From positions 256,001-320,000 of the forward strand of contig CAVPCT010000004.1 in assembly GCA_963702475.1 (NCBI GenBank): a DNA stretch of 64,000 bases. The letters run 5' to 3'. This DNA is from an uncultured Thermoleophilia bacterium. GTDB taxonomy: Bacteria; Actinomycetota; Thermoleophilia; UBA2241. The notes below the pieces were generated by a model. It made no database searches. It was not told the DNA's origin and saw nothing but the letters and a program-made list of their open reading frames with translations. The position numbers were made by a program, and so were the translations under genes. Of this stretch, positions 38,801 to 47,710 are shown one piece after another. How positions within the stretch are numbered: the stretch's first letter is position 1; every line of letters begins with the position of its first letter.

Positions 38801-39394
38801 TCACTGGGGCGCGGGGGTGCTCACCGACTCCGGCGCGCTGTAAACGTCTGGCGTCGCGTACGGGTCCGGCGACGGCGTCGCGGCCTGGTACGGATCGGTG
38901 GTGGGGTAGTCGGTGGTGGTGGGCGTGGGAGTCGTGGTCGCACCCGGCGTGGTGGTGGTCTCGCCGCTTGGCGTTGCACCGGGCGGCGTGGAGCCGGAAG
39001 GGACGTACACGACCGTGCCGTCCGCCAGCGTGTAGAAGGACCCCAGCAGCGTCCCAACGCCCTCAACGACGGCGCCGTTGTCGAGGTCGAGCCTCGTGAT
39101 CTGGTCGCCATCCTTCACGATCACCTGCATGGCCTCGGTGCCCGGGTCGGTGACGACTGTCATGGTGTCGTTCGTGAGCAGGCCCGTGAGACCGGCCCCT
39201 GTGAGCGCCGCGACGAGGAAGCCGACGGCCAGCACGAGGACCACGACCCAGAGATTGACGATGCCGTCGAGCGGGTCGCCGTTGCGGTCTGCAGTGCCGA
39301 CGCGGCGTCGGCGCATGTAGCGCAACTCCGACGCCGGAGCCTCGTACACGCTGCCGACGTCGTGGATGGCCGGGTGGTCGTCCGAGGCCGCCAA
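38801..39394 (-). CDS. DUF2149-family membrane protein (ExbD/MotB-like partner) with Pro/Thr-rich tail
   Basis: RRRR..DPLDGIVNLWVVVLVLAV TM, then DPGTEAMQVIVKDG..G..G..YTLADGTVVYVP; downstream of a MotA/TolQ gene. Confidence 0.8.
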   Translation of the reverse strand: MAASDDHPAIHDVGSVYEAPASELRYMRRRRVGTADRNGDPLDGIVNLWVVVLVLAVGFLVAALTGAGLTGLLTNDTMTVVTDPGTEAMQVIVKDGDQITRLDLDNGAVVEGVGTLLGSFYTLADGTVVYVPSGSTPPGATPSGETTTTPGATTTPTPTTTDYPTTDPYQAATPSPDPYATPDVYSAPESVSTPAPQ

Positions 39395-39401
39395 CTCGGT
39401 C

Positions 39402-40450
39402 TCAGCGGCCGCCGGTCGAGCCGGCGCCGGGCGCGGCCGGCGGCTCCTTGTCGACCGGACCGAGGTCGGCGAACGGGTCGTCGTCCCGATGCCAGCTCAT
39501 GGAAGGGTCGTCGAACGTGAGCGGCGGCGCTTCGCCGGCCGCCGCTCGCGCCGGCGCCGCAGTGTCGACCGCCGGCGCGGTGGGGGCTCCGCCCAAGGCC
39601 AGTGTCTGCGTCGACTCCAGGTCGTCGTCGCGATGGTCGTGGCAGCGACCGTCGCCGGACCGTGTCCGTTGTCGGAGGCCACCGGCACAAGCGGCTCGGA
39701 CGGGACCTCGTCGAGTGCGGGCACGGCGAGGGGCCTCTCCACATCCGCGCTGTCTACTTCGTAGGCGACCTCCGGATCGGCGTCCCACACGCCCTTCTTG
39801 CTGCGCCTACGGCCGGACTCGAGGCGGCCGCTGCCGCCCTCGAGCAGCTCCAGGAGGTACTCCATGTCGGAGATGTCCTGAGAGTACATTCGGTCGCGCA
39901 CGATGCTGATGACGAAGGCGATGCCGCCGATGAGCAGACCGATGACGGTCACGGAGAACGCCGTGACCAGGTTCACCGAGAGCTCCTCCACATCGCCGCT
40001 GGCGAGCCCGACGAGGGCGGGCGCGAGCGGGATCAAGGTGCCCATGAGGCCCAGCATGGGGCCGATGCGCACGAGGATGCGCGTCCGCTCGAGCCGCTTG
40101 ATCGTGTAGAACTCGTAGTCCTGCAGCAGCTTGAGGGGCTTGGCTGCCAGGCGCTGTGTCTGGTAGTTGCGGATGAGGTCGAAGAGGAAGCGCGCGACGA
40201 TCAGCGAGTAGTTGTTCTCCTGGAGGTAGCGGTACGCCGTGCGCGGTTTGCCGTCTTCGAACGCCTTGCGTGCACGCAAGGCCCGGGCCTCGAGCGCCTC
40301 GATGTCGCGGTAGCGGAACCTCAGGTAGAGCTCGTACAGGAAGAACCCGAGCTCGACAAGCACCCAGATGAGGCAGAGGACTGCGGCGATGAGCACGGGC
40401 CACAGGAGCACCCGCGCGATGTCGTAGATGAGTTCCTGGAGACCGTTCAC
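39402..40450 (-). CDS. MotA/TolQ/ExbB proton channel family protein (probable frameshift near 39641 in the acidic tail)
   Basis: LERTRILVRIGPMLGLMGTLIPL..AFSVTVIGL. The track ORF ends at 39497, but a more protein-like acidic tail continues in another frame to 39402. Confidence 0.88.
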
Positions 40451-42291
40451 GCTCTCCCCGCCGGTTTGAAGATGTCCTTGACGCCGGCCGCCCTCGCCTT
40501 GAGACGGTCCCAGGTGCTGCCGCCGCCGGGGAGCACCTCGCCCTGGCTGGCCGCGCCGAGCGCGTCTTCGCGGCGGCGTACCACGAAGTACGAAGCGGCG
40601 GCGCCGATCGGCAGCAACACGAGCAGGGTACCACCGACGAAGCCGGCGGCACTACCCCGGCCCGCGTCCGCAGTCCCGGTGGCCTCAGCGCTGCTCGTGG
40701 CTTCGGGACTGGCTATCGGGGTACCGGAGATCGGATAGCCGCTCTGGTACGGGCCCGGCGTCCCCGTGGGCTCGACCGACGGCGAGTAGGTGGGGCCGGG
40801 CGTCAGGGTGGGGTACGGCTCGGGCGAGTAGGTGGGGTAAGGCTCCGAGGTGCTCGGTTCGGGCGTGGGCGTCGGGTACGTGGTGGGCGGCGGGACGTAC
40901 GTCGGCTGGGCGGTGGGGATGGGTACGACGGGCGTGGTCTTGGCGACCACGAACGTGCGCTGCACCGTCTTGGTATTGCCGGCGTGATCCACGAGCTCGA
41001 GCTTGTAGGTGTGGTTGCCGTTGGGCATGTCCTTGAGCGTGAGGTGCAGCTCGCGGGTGCCGATGACGGCCGGCTTGGTGCGGTCCTGGTTGTCCACGAA
41101 CACCTTGCAGGCCTTGGGGTTGATGCCCGTGCCTCTCACGCCGTCAGTGTAGGTCGCGCGGATGAGCACTGTGTTAGTGGTCGTGTACTTCGCGCCGTTC
41201 CGCGGCGACGTGCTGAGTACCTTGGGCTTGAACACGAACGCCTTGAGCGCGGGGGGGCGCGTGGCGGGGTAGGTGGTGAACGGCTGGTCGCGCAGGGCCG
41301 TGACGGCCCAGGCTGTCGTCTCGAGCGGCTTGGTGGTCTCGCCTGTCTTCTTGAGATAGGCGCCGGTCTTCTGCTGCAGGGCGGTGAGCGCGAGACGCGG
41401 CGTGGACGCCGTGGTCTGCCAGAACGAGTCGTCGGGCTTCTCGCCGAGGACCAGGATGGCCTGGATGGCGGCGGCCGTCGCCCACGCGTCGGTCTTGCCG
41501 CCGCTCGTCGCCGGAAAGCCACCGTCGGGGCTCTGGTTGTCCTTGAGGTACTGGCGCGCCGCCGGCAGGACGTCGGCGTCCACGCTGCCGTCGGCCGCCA
41601 TGCTGAGCGCCTGGATGGCCAGGGCGGTGTCTTCACAGTTGGAGGACTGCCCGGCCTGCACCGGGAACCCCCCGTCTGCCTGCTGTTGCTTCTCGAGCCA
41701 CGTCTCGGCGGACTTGAACCGGTCACTGGAGGTCACGCCCATGGCCTTCATGGCGAGGATCGCCCAGGCGGTGGTGTGCACCGCTCTGAACTCCCGGTTG
41801 GACTGGGCCGGCGAGAAGCTGCCGGCCGTGGCGGAGCCCTCGGTGGTGTCCTGGTAGGAATAGAGCTGCGCCAGCAGGTCGACGTGCGGCGTGCCGGCCA
41901 CGAAGACGCGGTCCTCCTGACCGGCGGCCACGTACGACAGGATGGCCTGCGCGTAGTACACCGGCGCGTTGTCGGAGTCCGCCCCCGTGGCCGCCTTCGC
42001 GTGGTCGTTGGCCTGCAGGAAGGTGAACGGGTTGTTGCCCGCGATGGTCCACATGGACGAGCCGATGCGCTCGCCGCTGGCCACTGCGCCGATGATCACC
42101 CACGTCGTGGCCGTCATGGAGCCGAACCCGCCGTCGGCCTTCTGGCGCGCGTGGAAGTAGTCCAGGCCGCGGGTGACGCTCTTGGGGCGTGGGTCGGTCG
42201 GTGTGTCGCGCTTGAGGGCCGTGGCCGAGGCGGCGACGCCGACCGCGAGCGCCGCGGCGAGCGCGAGCGCGAGCCAGAACTTCCTGCCCAT
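40447..42291 (-). CDS. Surface-anchored prenyltransferase/squalene-oxidase-repeat protein with Ig-like domain, Pro/Thr linker and C-terminal TM
   Basis: Signal peptide MGRKFWLALAL; repeats QKADGGFG, QQADGGFP and QSPDGGFP; Ig-like G.HT..L...DHAGN; PTYxP repeats; TM followed by RRR. Confidence 0.85.
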   Translation of the reverse strand: MGRKFWLALALAAALAVGVAASATALKRDTPTDPRPKSVTRGLDYFHARQKADGGFGSMTATTWVIIGAVASGERIGSSMWTIAGNNPFTFLQANDHAKAATGADSDNAPVYYAQAILSYVAAGQEDRVFVAGTPHVDLLAQLYSYQDTTEGSATAGSFSPAQSNREFRAVHTTAWAILAMKAMGVTSSDRFKSAETWLEKQQQADGGFPVQAGQSSNCEDTALAIQALSMAADGSVDADVLPAARQYLKDNQSPDGGFPATSGGKTDAWATAAAIQAILVLGEKPDDSFWQTTASTPRLALTALQQKTGAYLKKTGETTKPLETTAWAVTALRDQPFTTYPATRPPALKAFVFKPKVLSTSPRNGAKYTTTNTVLIRATYTDGVRGTGINPKACKVFVDNQDRTKPAVIGTRELHLTLKDMPNGNHTYKLELVDHAGNTKTVQRTFVVAKTTPVVPIPTAQPTYVPPPTTYPTPTPEPSTSEPYPTYSPEPYPTLTPGPTYSPSVEPTGTPGPYQSGYPISGTPIASPEATSSAEATGTADAGRGSAAGFVGGTLLVLLPIGAAASYFVVRRREDALGAASQGEVLPGGGSTWDRLKARAAGVKDIFKPAGRA

Positions 42292-42804
42292 GCGGGTCCT
42301 TTGTGCGTAGCCGGGCGAGTGCGGAGACTGGCGCCCATGGTACCAAGGGGACCGGGGCCGGACCACCGCCGTGTGGTGGGACGGAGCATCCGTATAGAGA
42401 GGTTCATTCCCGGGACCATTGGGTCGACACGGTGGATATGGGGCCGCGACCGACAGACGGCAGGACGACACCGACGGAGAGCTGGAGTCCTTCGGCTTCC
42501 AGCTGCGCGTGAAGAGCCCGCACCTGGCCGCGCTCCTGACCGGCGCCGACGACCGCGTGTCGATCGTCCGTGCCCGGGAGCAGGTGCCGCACGAGACCCG
42601 GACGGTGACCTGTGACTCCAGAGTGTCGTGGCGGAGCGCGCAGGGGAGGCGGGCGGCGCGGTCGTCCAACTCCGCCGCCCTTCGTCCGACTGCTGAGCCG
42701 CCCTGCACGGGCGACGGTGGCCTCGTTGGTCTGCGGGTGAGACTCCCAGAGGGCGCGATCGCCTGCGGCCGCGCGCCCGCGACGTTGTATCCTTGCTAGC
42801 CGAC

Positions 42805-43854
42805 ATGGCCGTCCTGCTCTCACTCGTCATCCCCGTCTACAACGAGGTCGACAGCCTCGAACCGCTCGTCGCCGAGATCGACGAGGCGCTGGCCGCTGCC
42901 GGGCAGGCCTTCGAGATCGTCTTCGTGGACGACGGCTCCAGCGACGGGTCCTTCCGCGTGATGCAGGAGCTTGCCGCAAGCCGCGGCGACGTGCGCGTGG
43001 TGAAGCTCCGACGCAACTTCGGCAAGGCTGCGGCCCTCTCGCACGGGTTCGAGGTGTGCAGGGGCGACGTCGTGGTCACCCTGGACGGCGACCGTCAGGA
43101 CGACCCCGCCGAGATCCCGCGGCTGATCGCACGCCTCGACGAGGGCTTCGACCTCGTCTCGGGCTGGAAGCAGAGCCGTCAGGACCCCATCGACAAGACG
43201 CTCCCGTCACGGTTCTTCAACTGGACGGTGCGGAGGACCACCGGCCTGCCGTTGCACGACTTCAACTGCGGCCTCAAGGCGTACCGCCGCGAGGTGGTCG
43301 ATACCATCCACATCTACGGCGAACAGCACCGCTACATCCCCGTCGTGGCCTCACAAGCGGGGTTCACGGTCACCGAGGAGCCGGTGCACCACCGTAAGCG
43401 CACGGCAGGTGTGTCCAAGTACGGCTGGCAGCGTTATCTGCGCGGCTACCTCGACCTGACCACGGTCCTCTTCCTCGGCCGGTACCAGCACCGGCCGCAG
43501 CATCTGTTCGGCGGCATCGGCACACTGCTCATCGTGATCGGCGTGCTCGTGGAGCTGTACCTGACGATCGACAAGCTCGCCTTCGGGAACCCTATCGGGC
43601 AGCGCCCGCTCCTTCTTCTGGGGGCGCTGCTCATCATCGTCGGAGTGCAGCTTCTGTCGCTCGGGCTGATCGGCGAGCTCATCGCCAACTCCCGCGCGCG
43701 CGAAGGGCCGGACACGCTGCAGGTGGCGGCCGTGATCGAGCCTGCGCCCGAAGCGCTCCCGGCGCCGCAGTCCGTCGTCCTCGCCGGCGCCGGGTCGGCC
43801 CCGGCGCCCGGCGGCGCGTCCGTTCCCGTGCCGGGCGCCGCCGACACGCCGTGA
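42805..43854 (+). CDS. GT2 polyprenol-phosphate glycosyltransferase (ArnC/DPM1-like)
   Basis: IPVYNE, VDDGSSD, RNFGKA, DGDRQDDP and two C-terminal TMs. Confidence 0.92.
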   Translation: MAVLLSLVIPVYNEVDSLEPLVAEIDEALAAAGQAFEIVFVDDGSSDGSFRVMQELAASRGDVRVVKLRRNFGKAAALSHGFEVCRGDVVVTLDGDRQDDPAEIPRLIARLDEGFDLVSGWKQSRQDPIDKTLPSRFFNWTVRRTTGLPLHDFNCGLKAYRREVVDTIHIYGEQHRYIPVVASQAGFTVTEEPVHHRKRTAGVSKYGWQRYLRGYLDLTTVLFLGRYQHRPQHLFGGIGTLLIVIGVLVELYLTIDKLAFGNPIGQRPLLLLGALLIIVGVQLLSLGLIGELIANSRAREGPDTLQVAAVIEPAPEALPAPQSVVLAGAGSAPAPGGASVPVPGAADTP

Positions 43855-44969
43855 CGCGCGCCGTCGCCTACTTCGGCACGTACGACTCCGACTACCCGCG
43901 CAACGCCGTCCTCATCGCCGGGTTGCGCGAGCACGGAGTGACCGTGCACGAGTTCCGGGCGCCGCTACCACCGCTGACGGCGGCGCAGATGGCCACGCCC
44001 CGGGGCGCGTTGCGGCTCGGCTCCGGGGTGGCTGCGGCCCATCTGCGCCTCGCGGCACAGCACCGCATCGAGCTCGCTGTGGATGCCGTGATCGTCGGGT
44101 ACCCCGGCCACTTCCTGGTGCCCTTCGGGCGTCTGCTGGCGGCGTTCCGGCGGGCGCCGCTCGTGTTCGACCCGCTGGTCTCCTTGTGGGACACCTTCGC
44201 CGGCGACCGCGGCCTTGTGGACGCCGGCGGCTGGAAGGCGACGGCCGCGAGGGCCGTGGATCACGTCGCCTTCTCTCTGCCGCGCCTGGTGCTCGCCGAC
44301 ACGTGGGCGCACGCCGCCTTCTTCCAGGAGAGGCTCGGCGTGACTCGGCGGCGTGTGGCCGTGGTCCCGGTCGGGGCGTTGCCGGAACCGCGGGCGACCG
44401 GCGCCGCTCGCGAGCTCGGCTCGGACGACACGCTCACAGTGGTGCAGTACGGCAGGTGGAGCCCTCTGCACGGCGCCGACGTGGTGCTGGAGGCGGCGGA
44501 CCTCCTGCGTGACGAACCGGTGCGCTTCGTGCTGGCCGGCGAGGGCCAGCTCTCCTCCGCGCTGAAGGCGCGCATCGCCGGCCGAGGGCTTGACGGCGTG
44601 GTCTGGCTCGGCGAGCTCGAGCCGGCGGCGCTGCGCGAGCGCGTGCTCGCCGCCGACGTGTGCCTCGGCGTCTTCGGGCGCTCGGCCAAGGCCGCCCGCG
44701 TCGTCCCCAACAAGGTCGTCGACGGGCTCGCCTGCGGCCGGCCGGTGGTGACCGCCGACACGGCCGGGGCACGCGAGCTCCTGCAGGACGGCGCCGATGC
44801 CCTCCTCGTGCCGGCCGGCGACGGCGGGACCCTGGCCGCCGCTCTCCGCCGTCTGCTCGACCACGGCTTGCGCGAGCGCCTCGGTACCGCCGGACTGGCG
44901 TTGTACCGCCGCCGCCTGATGCCGTCGGCCGTCGCCGCCGACCTGCTCTTAGCGCTGGAGCGGCTGTGA
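43851..44969 (+). CDS. GT4 (GT-B) glycosyltransferase
   Basis: YPRN, HG, VPNKVVDGLACGRPVVT. Confidence 0.88.
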   Translation: MTRAVAYFGTYDSDYPRNAVLIAGLREHGVTVHEFRAPLPPLTAAQMATPRGALRLGSGVAAAHLRLAAQHRIELAVDAVIVGYPGHFLVPFGRLLAAFRRAPLVFDPLVSLWDTFAGDRGLVDAGGWKATAARAVDHVAFSLPRLVLADTWAHAAFFQERLGVTRRRVAVVPVGALPEPRATGAARELGSDDTLTVVQYGRWSPLHGADVVLEAADLLRDEPVRFVLAGEGQLSSALKARIAGRGLDGVVWLGELEPAALRERVLAADVCLGVFGRSAKAARVVPNKVVDGLACGRPVVTADTAGARELLQDGADALLVPAGDGGTLAAALRRLLDHGLRERLGTAGLALYRRRLMPSAVAADLLLALERL

Positions 44970-46006
44970 GCGCCGAGGGCCGCGTGAGCGACCCCGGCCC
45001 CGGCGCCGAGCCCAACGCCCCCGGCGCCGACATGTCTGGCGCCGACCTCCCGACCCCCGGCACGGGGCCGCCGTCCGGGACTCCGCGCCGCCGGCCCCTG
45101 TGGCTCCGCGCCGTGCAGGTCGCCCTGGTCGTGGCGGCCGCCTACTTCGTCGTCGCCTACCTCGTGCGCTCCTGGTCGAGCATCCAGGACTTCTCCTGGT
45201 CGCTTCGGCCCGTCTGGCTGGCGCTTTCGGGCGTGGCGTTCCTGCTCTTCTACCTGATGCAGGCCGTGGTCTGGTGGCTGGTGCTGCGAGGCGTCGCCGT
45301 CCGCACGACGTTTCTCACGGCCGCCGCGACGTGGGCCAAGTCCATCCCGGCGCGCTACATCCCCGGCACCGTGTTCATGTTCGTCGGTCGCGCCTGGCTG
45401 AGCCATGACGCAGGCATGCCCGTCGACAGGGTGACGGCTGCGATGGTGTACGAGCAGGCGCTCGGCGTGTGCTCCGCCCTCGTCACCGTGGGGGTCCTCT
45501 TCCCGTTCTGGGAGTACGATCCGGGCCTCACCGCCCTGGCCCTGCTCGGCGTCCCCGTCATCGTGGCTCTGCTGCACCCGCGCGTGTTCGCACCCTTGGC
45601 CGGCCGCATGCTGCGCGTGCTGCACCGGCCTCCGCTGGAGGTCACACTCGGGTTCGGCGCCGTCGCCGGCCTGCTGGCCTATTTCGTCCTGAGCTGGCTC
45701 GTTGCGGGCTTCGGCGCCTGGGCCCTGGCGCGGTCGCTCACGGGACTCGAGGTGAACGCGCTTCCGGTGGTCATCGTCGCCTATGCGCTGGCTTACGTGG
45801 CAGGCATGGTCGCCTTCTTCATCCCCAGCGGCATCGGCGTCCGCGAGGCCGTGCTCACGGCCTCGCTGGCCGCGCAGCTGCCCGGTGGCGTGGCTCTCGT
45901 GTGGGCGCTGTTGCTCCGTGTGTGGGTGACCGTGGTCGAGCTCGCATTCGTCGGCATCGTGCTGGTCGTCGAGGCGGGAGCGCGTAGGAGAAGGTCGAAC
46001 CTGTGA
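44966..46006 (+). CDS. Lysylphosphatidylglycerol-synthase TM / flippase-like membrane protein
   Basis: Multiple TMs with ARYIPG and PSGIGVREA. GTGA overlap with the upstream stop. Confidence 0.82.
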   Translation: MSAEGRVSDPGPGAEPNAPGADMSGADLPTPGTGPPSGTPRRRPLWLRAVQVALVVAAAYFVVAYLVRSWSSIQDFSWSLRPVWLALSGVAFLLFYLMQAVVWWLVLRGVAVRTTFLTAAATWAKSIPARYIPGTVFMFVGRAWLSHDAGMPVDRVTAAMVYEQALGVCSALVTVGVLFPFWEYDPGLTALALLGVPVIVALLHPRVFAPLAGRMLRVLHRPPLEVTLGFGAVAGLLAYFVLSWLVAGFGAWALARSLTGLEVNALPVVIVAYALAYVAGMVAFFIPSGIGVREAVLTASLAAQLPGGVALVWALLLRVWVTVVELAFVGIVLVVEAGARRRRSNL

Positions 46007-46066
46007 GGCGCGCAGGTGGGCTCGGCGGTGTCGGACAGAGGGTGTGGGTGACGAGGATGGCGTGTC

Positions 46067-47710
46067 GTGACGGACGAGACTGACGTCTCTCAGGCGCCGC
46101 TCGGGAGCGGCGCCGGGACGGTGCAGCCGTCCTCTAAGGCTCGCCGGTCCGGCGCCCGGCACGGTCCCTTCCGGCTCTCCCCAGTGCTCGAGCTCGACGC
46201 GGCCGAGCGCCGACGGCGGGGCCGCCGCGCAGCTGCCGGAGTGCTCCTCGGCATGGTCCTCTTCGCCGTCGTGTACGGCTTTCTGTCGTGGCTCAAGTAC
46301 CGCGCCTACATGGACGCGCGCTTCGACCTGGGCAACATGGTCCAGGCCGTCTACAATACGGCGCACGGCCACTTCCTGGAGATCACCACCGGCGAGCTGC
46401 AGCCGCGGCAGATGTCCCGCCTGGGCTCGCACGTCGACCCGATCCTCGCCCTGTTCGCGCTGCCGTGGCTCGTGTGGCCGAGCCCGACCATGCTGCTGGT
46501 GCTGCAGGCGGCGATCGTGGCCACCGGCGCCTGGCCGGCGTACCGCCTGGGCACGCGGGTCCTGCGTGACCCGCGCGCCGGCGGCCTGCTCGCCGGCGCC
46601 TACCTGCTCTACCCCGCCCTGGGCTTCCTCGTGCTCAACGAGTTCCACCCTGTGGCGCTGGCCACACCGCTGCTCCTCTGGGCCTTCTTGTGCGTCGAGG
46701 AGGGCAGATGGCTGTGGGCGGCGCCGTTCCTCGTCCTGGCCGCCGCCTGCAAGGAGACCGTCCCCCTCGTCATCGCCCTGATGGGGTTGTACTTCGCTCT
46801 CCGCAAGCGCTCGTTGTGGCCGCTCGTCCTCACGGTGTTGGCCGGCGCGTACTTCGTCGTGGCGGTGTGGGTCATCATCCCCCACTTCAATGGGGACCAG
46901 AGCGCGTTCATCGCTCGCTACGGGGAGTACGGTTCGGGAGCCACGGAGGTCGTGAAGCACGCCCTTGCGGACCCCGTCCAGACGGCCGCCGACCTGACGT
47001 CCGCGTCCAACCTCACGTATTGGCTCCACCTGCTGTGGCCGTTCGGCTTCGCCGCGCTGCTCAGCCCGCTCACCGCGCTGATCGCCGCGCCCGAGTACCT
47101 GCTCAACGCGCTCTCGTCCGTCGGGTTCCAGCGCCGCATCGAGTTCCACTACACGGCGCTGGAGATCCCGTTCCTGTTCGCGGCGGCGGTGCTCGGCCTC
47201 GCGCGACTCTGGCGCTGGCTCGGCGGCGGGCTGGGACGCAAGGAGGCCGCCATGCGCGGCCAGCTGGTCTCGCGTGAGGCGCTGGCCCTGCTGGTGCTGC
47301 TCTGCGCCTTGGCCGGCAACTTCTTCCTCGGCCCCCTGCCGTTCTCGCTGCCGGGCGCGGCGTTCGACGGGCACGACTACGCCAAGACCTCGCACGACCT
47401 CGTTCTCGACCAGGCGGTCGCGCTGATCCCGGCCGAAGCCACGGTGTCGGTCAACAACAACGTCGGCGCGCAGCTTGCGGCGCGGCGGGTCTCGTACGTG
47501 TTCCCGTACTTCGCGGCGGCGGACTGGGTCGTCGTGGACACCCGGCACCCGTGGTTCTACGACAGGGAGAACCGGCGACTGCACGAGCAGGCACTGGGCC
47601 GGCTGGTGCTCGACCGGAGCTTCCAGAACGTGTTCGCGCAGGACGGTGTCTACGTGTTCAAGCGCGTCGCACCCTCATCGGGCGGGCCGTCCTCTACGCC
47701 ACCCAGCTGA
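46067..47710 (+). CDS. DUF2079 GT-C-like membrane glycosyltransferase
   Basis: FDLGNMVQ, HVDPIL, EFHP, CKE and FHY; many TMs. Confidence 0.85.
   Translation: MTDETDVSQAPLGSGAGTVQPSSKARRSGARHGPFRLSPVLELDAAERRRRGRRAAAGVLLGMVLFAVVYGFLSWLKYRAYMDARFDLGNMVQAVYNTAHGHFLEITTGELQPRQMSRLGSHVDPILALFALPWLVWPSPTMLLVLQAAIVATGAWPAYRLGTRVLRDPRAGGLLAGAYLLYPALGFLVLNEFHPVALATPLLLWAFLCVEEGRWLWAAPFLVLAAACKETVPLVIALMGLYFALRKRSLWPLVLTVLAGAYFVVAVWVIIPHFNGDQSAFIARYGEYGSGATEVVKHALADPVQTAADLTSASNLTYWLHLLWPFGFAALLSPLTALIAAPEYLLNALSSVGFQRRIEFHYTALEIPFLFAAAVLGLARLWRWLGGGLGRKEAAMRGQLVSREALALLVLLCALAGNFFLGPLPFSLPGAAFDGHDYAKTSHDLVLDQAVALIPAEATVSVNNNVGAQLAARRVSYVFPYFAAADWVVVDTRHPWFYDRENRRLHEQALGRLVLDRSFQNVFAQDGVYVFKRVAPSSGGPSSTPPS

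Noticed and set aside
42292-42800. Cobalamin riboswitch upstream of the surface-protein/MotA operon
   Set aside because: No B12-box or conserved core was found, and a TG-G-TACCAT -10 lies only about 45 nt from the ATG. This weakens the B12 hypothesis somewhat.
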